A stretch of DNA of 64,000 nt, taken from the NCBI GenBank assembly GCA_050251055.1, contig JBFWNL010000013.1, positions 1 to 64,000 of the forward strand. The letters are read 5' to 3'. The translations under genes were made by a program, and so were the position numbers. Below are positions 9,776 through 21,957 of the stretch, one piece after another. The notes beneath the pieces were generated by a model, which was given only the letters and a program-made list of their open reading frames with translations, had not been told where the DNA came from and searched no databases. Within the stretch, counting starts at the first letter, position 1; each line of letters starts with the position of its first letter. The DNA comes from Bacteriovoracia bacterium (GTDB lineage: Bacteria; Bdellovibrionota; UBA1018; JBFWNL01).

Positions 9776-10798
9776 ATGGGAACGAATCAGCCTACGGGCC
9801 GTGGCGCGTCGCCGGGTTTTTCGATGGTTTCGGCGCTCGCGGCGCTCGGAGTTTCCGGTATCTTGGTGGCCGCGCTCACCAGCTCGCTCGATCTTTTTGG
9901 GCGGGTGAGCGCCAACGCCGGTGCCCACGTGAGCTTTGCTTCCCTGCGCACAACCTTGGATATGATTTTCCGGGATCCCCAGCTCTGTCGGGCCGGCCTG
10001 CGAACGTCCGACGGGGGATCTCGCCCGCATTTTCAGCCGGATCAGCCCGGCGATCAAGAAGTGGCGTCGGTTTATTTCGGTTCGACCCCGATCGCGTACC
10101 CCGGTATGCCCCTAGGGACAGCGCGTTTGATTGAAGTAGGGTTCGAACCGATGCCGGACGTAGCCCCGAGGCGCGAGGATGGAAGAATCACCTATTCGGT
10201 GCGCTTGCGTCTTCGCGCCAACAAAGGGATGGGGGCCGTGGGGATGCGCGAAATCTCCGCGGCCACCTCTCCTATCGTGCTCAATATCGTCACGGATGAG
10301 TCGACGCATGAAATCGAGAGCTGCCAGTCCACCGAGACTGCCCGTGGTTTATGCCGTTCGTTGGGATCGCAGTTTGACTGGCGTTGGGATACCCAGGCCG
10401 GGGCGTACGCGTGCCAGTTCGCTGGGGCTCCCTCAGCGGGAAGCGCGCTCCCGGGCCAATATTGTTACGCTCTCTACGCTCAACGCTGGAGCGCGACCTC
10501 TTGCGAAAGTGGCTACTATTTAAAGGGCTTGGTCAAAGCCACCGACAACGATTGGGACGGTTACGGCGGAATCTGCTGCTACGCCGGAACGGGCGCCGAT
10601 CCGCGGATGACTCCGGACGTCCAGGCCGCCATGTATGCTCGGCGCTACTACACGAGCGGTGATTCCTACGGGATAGTCAGCGGGACGCTCGGACAATCTT
10701 ACCGTGAACTGGTCACGCTTTGCCGCAGCCTGGGTCCCCGCAATAATCCGTTCGGATCCAAGCTTGTCACCTGTCCCGTTTTGGATTTGCTAGAGTGA
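9776..10798 (+). CDS. Prepilin-like protein with Cys-rich C-terminal domain
   Basis: G|FSMVSALAALGV class III-like signal (Ser rather than Glu at +5); DPQLC...EIESC module shared with paralogues. Confidence 0.7.
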   Translation: MGTNQPTGRGASPGFSMVSALAALGVSGILVAALTSSLDLFGRVSANAGAHVSFASLRTTLDMIFRDPQLCRAGLRTSDGGSRPHFQPDQPGDQEVASVYFGSTPIAYPGMPLGTARLIEVGFEPMPDVAPRREDGRITYSVRLRLRANKGMGAVGMREISAATSPIVLNIVTDESTHEIESCQSTETARGLCRSLGSQFDWRWDTQAGAYACQFAGAPSAGSALPGQYCYALYAQRWSATSCESGYYLKGLVKATDNDWDGYGGICCYAGTGADPRMTPDVQAAMYARRYYTSGDSYGIVSGTLGQSYRELVTLCRSLGPRNNPFGSKLVTCPVLDLLE

Positions 10799-10824
10799 GC
10801 CCCCGCGCCACGGAAGGCGCATCT

Positions 10825-11283
10825 TTACCTCCCGTGCTTCATCAGGCGGTCGAATTCTTTGGTTTCGCGCACCTTTTCAGCTTCGAGTACCTTTTGGTAG
10901 AGCAGACCCATATCGAACGGTTTCAGTAAAATCGCATCGGGGCCGGCTTGGGCCGCGAGGAGCAACTGTTCTTTTGAGGCCGCCCCTGAAATCAGGAGCA
11001 CGGGAATAGATTGAAAAGGACCGGTACGGATCTCCCGAAGAAGTTCCATCCCGTCCCCGTCCGGCATCTTCCAGTCCGCCACGATCGAACGAATGCGGGG
11101 GTTGCCGTCTAGCCTGCCTCGTTCTTCAATCAGTTTATAGGCCGCGTTACCAGATTCCGCCCGTAGGCACGGGCTGCCTTTGGTGGCGAGGTAGTCGCTT
11201 ATGATTTCGCGCAGGTCTTTTTCGTCGTCGACGACGAGGAATGCGTTCTGAGTTTCGTCGGTGATTGGCTTATCGGATGTCAT
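10825..11283 (-). CDS. Single-domain response regulator
   Basis: VVDDE, DWKMPDGDG, ISG, KPF. Confidence 0.9.
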   Translation of the reverse strand: MTSDKPITDETQNAFLVVDDEKDLREIISDYLATKGSPCLRAESGNAAYKLIEERGRLDGNPRIRSIVADWKMPDGDGMELLREIRTGPFQSIPVLLISGAASKEQLLLAAQAGPDAILLKPFDMGLLYQKVLEAEKVRETKEFDRLMKHGR

Positions 11284-11309
11284 GGGCAGACCAATATCCG
11301 CCCGACGCC

Positions 11310-12734
11310 TTACTTTCTCAAGAAAACTTTACGGAAGGCCTCGATCACGGGAAACGAAAAACCGTCAAAAATGTTCTGTTCCATCTCCTGGAACGGATTG
11401 ATACGGGGGTTCTTCAGGTGCCGGTGGATCTGGTGCATGAATTCGTCGCTGATTCCGATTACTTCTGAAACAAGGTTGATCGATCCGGCGCCTACGGCCA
11501 GGGGGAAGCCTTTCCCGTTCCGCCGTTCGTGATGTTGTTCGATTGCCTGGAGAATGGCGGGATTGAGCTTATTCGACTTCCGCAAGAGGGCGGCACTCTC
11601 GAATGGGTGCCGCTTGAGCGCGAGCCCCTTACCAGGAGGGATCCGGCGGATGTCCTCGTGCGAGAGTTTCAAGCCTTCTTGATCGAGCGCGATGTCATGA
11701 AAAAGGCCCGCCAAGCCGACGATGATCGCGAAGCGACTGGAAGTTACCATCGGAGGCCGTACCAAGATGCTTGCGATCATCGTGGTGGCGACTCCGTGTT
11801 CGTAGCGAGCGATGTCCCGGGTGAAGGCCTTGATTTCGGGCACGGACTCCAAGCTCAGTTGACTCATGAGCGTTTCCATATTTTCGACGAAGTGCTCGGC
11901 CGTGCGCACAGCCGCCGGCTCGACGCCCTGGTTGCGCAGAAAGGAAAGCACCTGCTCCCCGGCGTGTACGGTTTGCTGGATGCGAATCTCAGGCGTGACC
12001 CCGCGGGTCGCCTGCAGCTTTTGCATCAAAACGTCGCAGTAAGCGAGGTAGGCGCGCTGAGCTTCCCGACGAATGTACAGATGCTCGACCCCTTTGCGCA
12101 CGTAGCTAGCTAGCCGTTCGGGCGTGAAAGTGTCGTCGGCGGCGAGGATCTTAAGATAGCGCCCCGAGGCAAGCCGCACGTATACGTCAAATGCGCTGCG
12201 ATGACCGGAGATGTAGGCGGCCGCGCGAACGGGTGCGAACTCCTCGTCGCCCGCTTGAACTTCTTCGTTCGCCGGCTCGTCCCTGCGGGCGGCGCCTAAG
12301 GCCAGTCTTAAGTCGAATCCGCTGAGTAGAGGTACGACCAGGGCGGCGATGGTTTCGTACGTGACGGGTTTGGCCAGTACGCGATGGATACCGAGTTTCG
12401 CGATTTGGTCGGCATCGAGGGGGTGGGAACTCGGCTGGGTGTCTTCCAGCAGAAAAAGGGGAATTCCCGCGCGATGCGTGACCGCCGTTTTAAAAAGCGT
12501 GAGTCCTCCTGGCGGCGCGAGCTTGGGATTAATGAAGATGCCCGAATATACGACCTTCGGGTCCGCGAGTAGCTTGAGCGCTTGATCGAGCGTGGTGGCG
12601 GTTTGAGCGATCGCCTGGGTTTTGCGCCGGCCGAGGAGCTGCGCCTGTTCGGTACGGATCTGGGCCGCGAACTGCGGATCGGGATCGGCGACCAGCACCG
12701 TGGAAGGGGTTGTGAAGTCGACGTTAGTGAGCAT
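11310..12734 (-). CDS. HD-GYP family protein with degenerate N-terminal receiver domain
   Basis: FHDI, HP..SA, HHERRNGKGFP (GFP variant); N-terminal VLVAD...KPV. Confidence 0.8.
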   Translation of the reverse strand: MLTNVDFTTPSTVLVADPDPQFAAQIRTEQAQLLGRRKTQAIAQTATTLDQALKLLADPKVVYSGIFINPKLAPPGGLTLFKTAVTHRAGIPLFLLEDTQPSSHPLDADQIAKLGIHRVLAKPVTYETIAALVVPLLSGFDLRLALGAARRDEPANEEVQAGDEEFAPVRAAAYISGHRSAFDVYVRLASGRYLKILAADDTFTPERLASYVRKGVEHLYIRREAQRAYLAYCDVLMQKLQATRGVTPEIRIQQTVHAGEQVLSFLRNQGVEPAAVRTAEHFVENMETLMSQLSLESVPEIKAFTRDIARYEHGVATTMIASILVRPPMVTSSRFAIIVGLAGLFHDIALDQEGLKLSHEDIRRIPPGKGLALKRHPFESAALLRKSNKLNPAILQAIEQHHERRNGKGFPLAVGAGSINLVSEVIGISDEFMHQIHRHLKNPRINPFQEMEQNIFDGFSFPVIEAFRKVFLRK

Positions 12735-12736
12735 GC

Positions 12737-12844
12737 TCAAACGCCCAGGCTCGCGTTTGCCAATAGCGCGAAGGCGAGAAAGATCGCCGCGTTTAAGATG
12801 GCGTTGATGAGTGTTTCCAGTGTTCCCCAGCGATACTTGGGCAT
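12737..12844 (-). CDS. Putative 35-aa membrane peptide
   Basis: AGGAG RBS before ATG 12844; single hydrophobic helix; stop 2 nt before the HD-GYP ATG. Confidence 0.4.
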   Translation of the reverse strand: MPKYRWGTLETLINAILNAAIFLAFALLANASLGV

Positions 12845-13016
12845 GGGCGGGCCCTCCTGGGATTTAAATAGAGCAAGCATAGGACCACGTGGGGCCCCGA
12901 ATCCACGCGCGTCTTTTCGCGGGGTTGTCGGCCGGGAGGAGATCCTTGGGGATTTGGACGCCACGGTCGCCTCGGACCGGGTGTGTCGCGCAAGCGGCAA
13001 CGAGGGCGGGGCGTGG

Positions 13017-13898
13017 CTAGGCGTTCTTTCGTTTTATCTCGGTTCGCAGGATATCGATGAAGACTTGGAGCGCGGGAAACTCCGGTGAATTCTTGCGCCG
13101 AATGAACGCGAAATGGTGGGTGCCAAAGGACGCCGGCACTCCACTGGGCATCGGCGCGCGCCGGAGATGGCCTTGCCGCACTTCGGGATCGGCTACCCGC
13201 TCGGGCAGGACTCCGATTCCTAATCCTGCCAAGGTCATTGCTTTCGCGATTTCGAAAGACGGTACCTCCAAGACGCGCGCGCGTAAATTTGCAAACGTAC
13301 GGAGGTGCCCACTGACGGTTTTGCCGTTCTGGTCGGAGGCATCGGGGACCGTGATGATCTCATCCGTGTGTTGGCTGCCTGGACGAAGATAAAAGCCGAA
13401 TCGATCGGAAAAAAGCGGCACGGCCTCCAAGCGAGTATGTCTTCCCATGACCATGCACAAGCCGCAGTCCAAGGTGCCCGCTTCAATCTGTTTTACGACC
13501 GAGGCGCTACGATCGCAGGTGAGCGCTAGTTTGAGGTGTGGCAGGCGGCGTTGGGCTTCGGCGATCACGTTCGGCATCAGGTAGATCGCCACGCTGTCAT
13601 AGGTACCGATTTTCAGCTCGGTCTCGCGCGCCTGTCCGCGATAGAGCTGGGCCTCGACCTGCTTGGATTGCGCGATGACTTGTTGGCCGAATTGATAGAG
13701 CCGACGTCCGGGGGCGGTAAGGCGAATTCCGGAGCGCGAGCGATGGAAGAGGGGAAGTCCCAGTTGTTTCTCCAGGGCGGTAATGCGTTGACTCACGCCT
13801 GGCTGAGAGAGGCGGTGACTCACTGCGTAGCTACGGATAGAGCCCGCATCGGCCACGCCGATGAACGCTACGAGCTTTTCGAGGTGATCTTCTAGCAT
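13017..13898 (-). CDS. LysR-family transcriptional regulator
   Basis: HTH LSQPGVSQRITALEKQLGLPLFHR..LTAPG; substrate domain GLGIGVLP. Confidence 0.92.
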   Translation of the reverse strand: MLEDHLEKLVAFIGVADAGSIRSYAVSHRLSQPGVSQRITALEKQLGLPLFHRSRSGIRLTAPGRRLYQFGQQVIAQSKQVEAQLYRGQARETELKIGTYDSVAIYLMPNVIAEAQRRLPHLKLALTCDRSASVVKQIEAGTLDCGLCMVMGRHTRLEAVPLFSDRFGFYLRPGSQHTDEIITVPDASDQNGKTVSGHLRTFANLRARVLEVPSFEIAKAMTLAGLGIGVLPERVADPEVRQGHLRRAPMPSGVPASFGTHHFAFIRRKNSPEFPALQVFIDILRTEIKRKNA

Positions 13899-14020
13899 AT
13901 AACAAAAACCAATATACCCATTCAAACTACCTGGCTAGGCAAAAGGGGGTAGGGGGTGGATAGACTAGTTAAGCGCCACCCGGGGAATGGGAGGTCGCAA
14001 AACTTGCGTAAGGAGCAAAA

Positions 14021-14770
14021 ATGAAAACATTTAAAGTATTACAAATGGGTGCGGTGGTCGTTCAGTCGGCTTTCGTAAGCCTATCCGCGACGGCCGCCAC
14101 GACGTATCAGCTGACGGTTACCAACGGGTCGGCGATGCCGATTTCGCCCGCGGTGGTCTACGTGAAAGATGGAGCCGTGGCGGGCGCTCAGATCGGCGCG
14201 ACGCCTACCCGTGGGCTCGTACAACTCTGCCAAACTGGCAATCCGGCTACCCGCGCGGAAGAGCTCGGAGCGGAAAAGAGCGTGAAATCGGTGGTTCGGA
14301 CGGACGGACCGATCTTGCCGGGGCAAAGCCGCACCGTGGAAGTCATGTTGGCCGCGCCCGAGCGGGAAAGCGTTCGATTCGAGGCCATGTATGGCAAGAC
14401 CAAGGACGTTTGCGCCACCTTCAATGTGAGTGGCCATGCCTTGCAGGCGCTGAAGCTTCACGTGACCTCGGAGCTTTCCGGTCGTGACGAAGCGATTCAA
14501 ACCGGCGCTTTCCTAAGCCCGATGTTGCCTAAGGAGGGTTACGGCGAGGCTGAAGGGGGCAACGAAGCTTGCGCCAAGGCCGCGGACGCCGTGGGTTGCC
14601 TGCGCGAGCTCGCGATGGCTTTCGGTGGCGCGGCGAAGGTGAACTACTTCTCGGGGTACTTGCCCAGCGTGGTGAGTTTCCTGGAAGGGAAGTACGGCGC
14701 CGCGGCTGCCCAGGAACTGGTCTTTTCGACCGCTGGGGCCGTTCAGTACCAAGTGAAGCTGAAGCACTAA
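14021..14770 (+). CDS. Secreted spondin_N-like domain protein
   Basis: Signal peptide; YQLTVTN..PISP, GL..L...G, GPILPGQS, AMYGKTKD resemble bacterial spondin_N; RBS AAGGAG. Confidence 0.65.
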   Translation: MKTFKVLQMGAVVVQSAFVSLSATAATTYQLTVTNGSAMPISPAVVYVKDGAVAGAQIGATPTRGLVQLCQTGNPATRAEELGAEKSVKSVVRTDGPILPGQSRTVEVMLAAPERESVRFEAMYGKTKDVCATFNVSGHALQALKLHVTSELSGRDEAIQTGAFLSPMLPKEGYGEAEGGNEACAKAADAVGCLRELAMAFGGAAKVNYFSGYLPSVVSFLEGKYGAAAAQELVFSTAGAVQYQVKLKH

Positions 14771-14792
14771 TTCCAAGAGAGGAGCCTATTTT

Positions 14793-15293
14793 ATGAAACA
14801 CATTCGAAAGATATCTTTGTTCCCGTTCTTGATGGTGACGTTGAGCTTGGTGGGCACGGTTGGCCGGGCGGACGAAGTCCGAAACGCGAAAGAGTACAAT
14901 CTCAGTTCTGGGTTGGGGCTCAAAGGCTACGATCCGGTGGCCGTGTTTCCCGAGGGTGGCGGCCGATCGTTACCGGGTAAGGAAGACATTGCGCTCGAAT
15001 ACAAAGGAGTCGTGTACCGTTTTGCCAACCTGGGTAACGCCGATCTCTTCAAGTCGGACCCGGATAAATATGAGCCGACCTACGGCGGCTGGTGCGCATA
15101 CGCGATGGCTTCCGGAAGCAAGGTGGACATTCAACCCGACCTCTTCACCGTGCACGGAAAGCGCGCGCACTACTTCGTAGCGGCGCGGGCGAAAGCGAAT
15201 TTCGATCGTGATGTGGCTGGCCACGAAGATCGGGCAGATGCTCACTGGATGCGCATCTCCGGCGAATCCCCCCGGAACGCCGAAGGCTACTAA
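14793..15293 (+). CDS. Secreted YHS-domain protein
   Basis: GYDPVAVF, YKGVVYRFA, F..DP.KYEPTYGGWCAYAM. Confidence 0.85.
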   Translation: MKHIRKISLFPFLMVTLSLVGTVGRADEVRNAKEYNLSSGLGLKGYDPVAVFPEGGGRSLPGKEDIALEYKGVVYRFANLGNADLFKSDPDKYEPTYGGWCAYAMASGSKVDIQPDLFTVHGKRAHYFVAARAKANFDRDVAGHEDRADAHWMRISGESPRNAEGY

Positions 15294-15336
15294 GCGAGTT
15301 GGGTCAGGGCGCTAAAGGCTGAAATCGGAGAAAAAC

Positions 15337-16014
15337 ATGAAGTATAGTAAATTAATTTTGATTCTGATCTTGGCTTTTGGCGCCCCGTCCTGCGCCCCGG
15401 GCTCGCCGCCGTCTGGCGGAGCAAGCCCGGCGATGGAGCTCCCCCCGCAGCGTTTCGAATCGATTGACTTTGCCGTGGTGAAGGCAAGGGTATTCGAGTC
15501 GGACTGCGTGAGCTGCCACCGTCAGTATGGAAGTTACGAGAGCGTAAAATTCGAGCTAGGGAATATCCTCTCAGCCGTGGAAGCGGGTCGCATGCCTCGG
15601 GGAGGCGGTCCCCTGTCCGCCGAGAAGCAAGACTTGCTGAGGGCTTGGCGTGATGCCGGAGCCCCGGAAGTGGCGGGCCAGGAAGCTCCCGCGCCGAGCC
15701 CGGAAATCGAGCCCACCTGGCGTTCGGTCTACACGCGAGTGCTCGCGCCGAAATGCACGGCCTGCCACCGGCCCGGCGGTCAAGCTCGCTTTCTGGATCT
15801 CAGTACGTCGGAAGCATTTCAGGCCGCGCGTGATCGGGTCTTTGGCGATGGCATCAAGCTTGTAAATTCCGAGCGCCCCGACGAAAGCTACCTCCTGCAA
15901 GTCATTTTGGATCCAGAGGAGCCCATGCCGCCGAAGTGGTCGAAGATTAGTCCTTTGAACGAGCGAGAAGTCGCGGGAGTGCGCGCCTGGATCGCCGCCG
16001 GAGCCAAACCGTAG
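15337..16014 (+). CDS. Di-haem c-type cytochrome lipoprotein
   Basis: Two CxxCH motifs (CVSCH, CTACH), each with a distal MP; W..AGA domain ends; lipobox-like PSC. Confidence 0.85.
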   Translation: MKYSKLILILILAFGAPSCAPGSPPSGGASPAMELPPQRFESIDFAVVKARVFESDCVSCHRQYGSYESVKFELGNILSAVEAGRMPRGGGPLSAEKQDLLRAWRDAGAPEVAGQEAPAPSPEIEPTWRSVYTRVLAPKCTACHRPGGQARFLDLSTSEAFQAARDRVFGDGIKLVNSERPDESYLLQVILDPEEPMPPKWSKISPLNEREVAGVRAWIAAGAKP

Positions 16015-16036
16015 AATCGTCGACCTTACACGCTTT

Positions 16037-16990
16037 CTAAAGCCGAGTGAGTCCGCCCAGGTCGCGTGGGTACGGCGAGAAGAAGGTTTGCTCTAGCAAA
16101 TACTCCACCTGGAATTTTTTGATCAAGTGGTAGGCGACGGTAAGGGGAGCCAGGAAAGGCAACTTTCCCGCCTGGAATTCCTGAATGGACTCCGCCAGCT
16201 GTTTCCGGTCTAGGTCATCGGCTTGATCTCGCAAGAAACCCATCGCGTGTTCGAGCACGTTCACGCGGGTACCCCGGCGAGGAGGATTGCGGAGGGCGAT
16301 CGCAAACCCGTGTCGGTAATTCTCTTTTACCTTTACGGGGGACAGGTTCTCCGAGTTGGCGACGATTCGCCCCAATTCTTGATACTGCGTAGGCCCATGC
16401 TCCAAAAGCAAGAACTTGTGCCGTCGGTGTAAGCGTTGAAGCGCCGCAATTTCCGGTGGGGTGTTTCGCAGCTGGTGATGGGCGAAAACCTGGGTTAAAA
16501 AATGCTCTTTTTGCTCGAGGTCGCTCAGGCGACCTTCTTCCAGCATAGGCAGGTCGGGATAGCGTTTTTTTAGCTCCGCCGCGAATAAACCAACCCCCTC
16601 TGGAAAGGGAATTCCGGTTTCCTTAGTATAGATTTTTACCCGTTCTAGACCGCAGGTAGGGGAGTCGCGTTTTAATAGAAAAGCATCTATATCTTCGCGG
16701 TTTTCCGCGAGTTGGGCATAGGTAGTTTGCGCGTCGGCCGTTAAGTCCTGGCCCGAGTTCGTTTCGACCAACTCCACCGCCGCCGATGGGGCACGACTTC
16801 TTTGAAGGCGTAACGCCGGTCGCGGCGTTCCCAGGCCCATGGCGACTTCCGGACATACGGGCACGAAGTCCACGTGTTTGGCTAAAGCGTCGGTAATCCA
16901 GTCGTGGCGTTTGTGGCCGCCGTTGTAGCGCACCGGCTGGCCGAGCAGGCAGGCGCTAATGCCGATTCGTGGGCGGGACTGGGTGTTCAT
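16037..16990 (-). CDS. DUF523-DUF1722 fusion (YbgA / thiouracil desulfidase family)
   Basis: GISACLLG..VRYNGGHK, VCPEV..GLGTPR, DSPTCG, EEGRL, YLLEQTFFSPYP. Confidence 0.9.
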   Translation of the reverse strand: MNTQSRPRIGISACLLGQPVRYNGGHKRHDWITDALAKHVDFVPVCPEVAMGLGTPRPALRLQRSRAPSAAVELVETNSGQDLTADAQTTYAQLAENREDIDAFLLKRDSPTCGLERVKIYTKETGIPFPEGVGLFAAELKKRYPDLPMLEEGRLSDLEQKEHFLTQVFAHHQLRNTPPEIAALQRLHRRHKFLLLEHGPTQYQELGRIVANSENLSPVKVKENYRHGFAIALRNPPRRGTRVNVLEHAMGFLRDQADDLDRKQLAESIQEFQAGKLPFLAPLTVAYHLIKKFQVEYLLEQTFFSPYPRDLGGLTRL

Positions 16991-17445
16991 AAAGGCGGAA
17001 ATAGCTCGGTAATTTTAGAACGTCGAAACTCAAATATCTGCTCAATATTGCGCCGAACCCAGGCTTGGCCAAGCCAGCGCCCCGGCAAACCGCCAGGGAG
17101 CTGATAGCGTACGTGATCACGCATTAGCGTGCCGCCGGGTGCATCGGCAAACGTATGGGTGTGATGCCATTTGGAATAAGGCCCCCGCAATTGAGTGTCC
17201 ACGAAACGTTCCTCTGGACACCACTCTTCGATCAGGGTGCGCCAGCGCATGGGGAGGCCGTGTAGGCGGATTCGGTAATCAATCAGCGTGCCCTGCCGAA
17301 TTTCTGAATTCGACTGTGACAGGATCTGAAAACCGAGCCAGGGCGGAGTGATCACGCCGAGATTTTCAGCCCGACTAAAAAATCGGAAGACTTCCGCACG
17401 TGGCCGAGGCAGGTACTGCTCGGCATCGAACTCTAGGTCATCCAT
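16987..17445 (-). CDS. SRPBCC-family protein
   Basis: VFRFFS..ENL..ITPPW, FVDTQLRGPY..WHHTH.F, GTLMRD.V.Y, IF.FR. Confidence 0.88.
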   Translation of the reverse strand: MDDLEFDAEQYLPRPRAEVFRFFSRAENLGVITPPWLGFQILSQSNSEIRQGTLIDYRIRLHGLPMRWRTLIEEWCPEERFVDTQLRGPYSKWHHTHTFADAPGGTLMRDHVRYQLPGGLPGRWLGQAWVRRNIEQIFEFRRSKITELFPPL

Positions 17446-17451
17446 ACGTAG

Positions 17452-17748
17452 TTATGTCTTCTTTTTGAACAGCGCTTCGGCCGCTGCGCGGGCCGCGTCG
17501 CGGGAAGCGTTGCCGCCGGCGCGCGACGAGGGTGTGAAGTAGTCGCAGAAATTGCCGCGTTCTTTTTCCACCACGCGCTCGGCTTGGGTCTCGCGGCATT
17601 CGTTGTTGTAAGCTTTGTCGTAAAATTCGCAGTTCTTGCAAACGCGCGTGTCGCGTCCGCATTTGCGGCAAGTATCCTGACGGCCGTAATCGAGCGCGGT
17701 AAGGGACTGACTGCAGTTCCAGCAGATGCCAGGTTTTTCCGCGCTCAC
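17452..17748 (-). CDS. Small zinc-finger hypothetical protein
   Basis: CxxC x3, CRE, NFCDYF, AEALFKK; GTG start after GAGG. Confidence 0.75.
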   Translation of the reverse strand: MSAEKPGICWNCSQSLTALDYGRQDTCRKCGRDTRVCKNCEFYDKAYNNECRETQAERVVEKERGNFCDYFTPSSRAGGNASRDAARAAAEALFKKKT

Positions 17749-17758
17749 CGCCGCCTCG

Positions 17759-20980
<3,222 letters not shown>

Positions 20981-21042
20981 CCTCGGTTACCCATAATTCT
21001 TTACGGCAAATGTTTGTTCAATAGCCAGGGAAATCTCGGCTA

Positions 21043-21167
21043 GGCCGGCACTTTTAGGAAACGATCGTCCAGACTGGGGGCATCCGCGGGCCAGGAGGGC
21101 GCTGAGCGGTTGAGCGCATGGAAGCGCGTCCCCCAGTCTGGACGATCGTTTCCTAAAAGTGCCGGCC
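21043..21167. repeat. Perfect 38-bp inverted repeat with 49-bp spacer
   Basis: 21043-21080 GGCCGGCACTTTTAGGAAACGATCGTCCAGACTGGGGG is the exact reverse complement of 21130-21167. Confidence 0.95.
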
Positions 21168-21187
21168 GAACCCAGATTGGCCGGGCT

Positions 21188-21826
21188 TTAGAAGAACATT
21201 TCGGTACTGAATTGGAGTTGGATAGAGTCGTTGGGACGCGCGGAGTTGTAGTTTTGCACGGCCTGCGTCAGGTGGTTCTCGTTCGAGCGCAGGATCGTGA
21301 AGCGGTAGATCAGGCTGCCCGAGGTCATGGCGAGCCCGGACAGGACGGAGATGTTTCTCACGACAACCGCAGTATCTCCGCTGAGTTGGCGGCCGAGGAT
21401 CAGGCCGACGAGCGCCACGCCGATGCCAATGGTTCCGACGTAGTTGGCCGTGGTGGCCGCCCGACGGTTGCGTTGGTAGGCGTTGAGTTGGGCCACCGCG
21501 GAGGGGACTTCTTGGATGACGGGGCGTAAGCGCTCACCGTCTTGTTTGTGGAACGAATCGATAGGGTAGGTTTTTTCCTGGTGAACGAACTCCCGCTTAC
21601 ATCCGAAGGCGGCAACTTTTACTTCTTTACCAATCTGGCCCGGCTTCATCGTCTCCTGGGGGACTTCTTTAATGGGGAGTTTTCGCTCTTCTGCGGCGGC
21701 CTGCATGGTCTTGATGGCGTCGCAATCGGGCGAATCGTCGGCCTGCACCGAGGTGGGAGCCGGCATCGCTAGCGCGAAGCAGAGCAGCAGGGAGAAGGAT
21801 GGGCCGAAGTTGGGTGTACGCTTCAT
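21188..21826 (-). CDS. Hypothetical exported/membrane protein
   Basis: Signal peptide, two C-terminal hydrophobic helices; start moved to ATG 21826. Confidence 0.6.
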   Translation of the reverse strand: MKRTPNFGPSFSLLLCFALAMPAPTSVQADDSPDCDAIKTMQAAAEERKLPIKEVPQETMKPGQIGKEVKVAAFGCKREFVHQEKTYPIDSFHKQDGERLRPVIQEVPSAVAQLNAYQRNRRAATTANYVGTIGIGVALVGLILGRQLSGDTAVVVRNISVLSGLAMTSGSLIYRFTILRSNENHLTQAVQNYNSARPNDSIQLQFSTEMFF

Positions 21827-21957
21827 GAGTTTTCCAGTCGGAACCCACCTATTGAAGCCCGAACCCCCCGGATCGAGCAAGTAAAAGGTCGACCCAAAGA
21901 TATAGCGCATTGCATCAAATCTGGGAGATGGAAAGGCATTCCCGCATCGGTTAGGGT

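Noticed and set aside
14793-15293. Selenoprotein YHS variant
   Set aside because: The GGWC position is a Cys codon; no in-frame TGA
17442-17457. Second LexA-like site CCATAC-GTAG-TTATGT at the SRPBCC start
   Set aside because: Two mismatches in the right half and lies within an operon junction; compatible with chance
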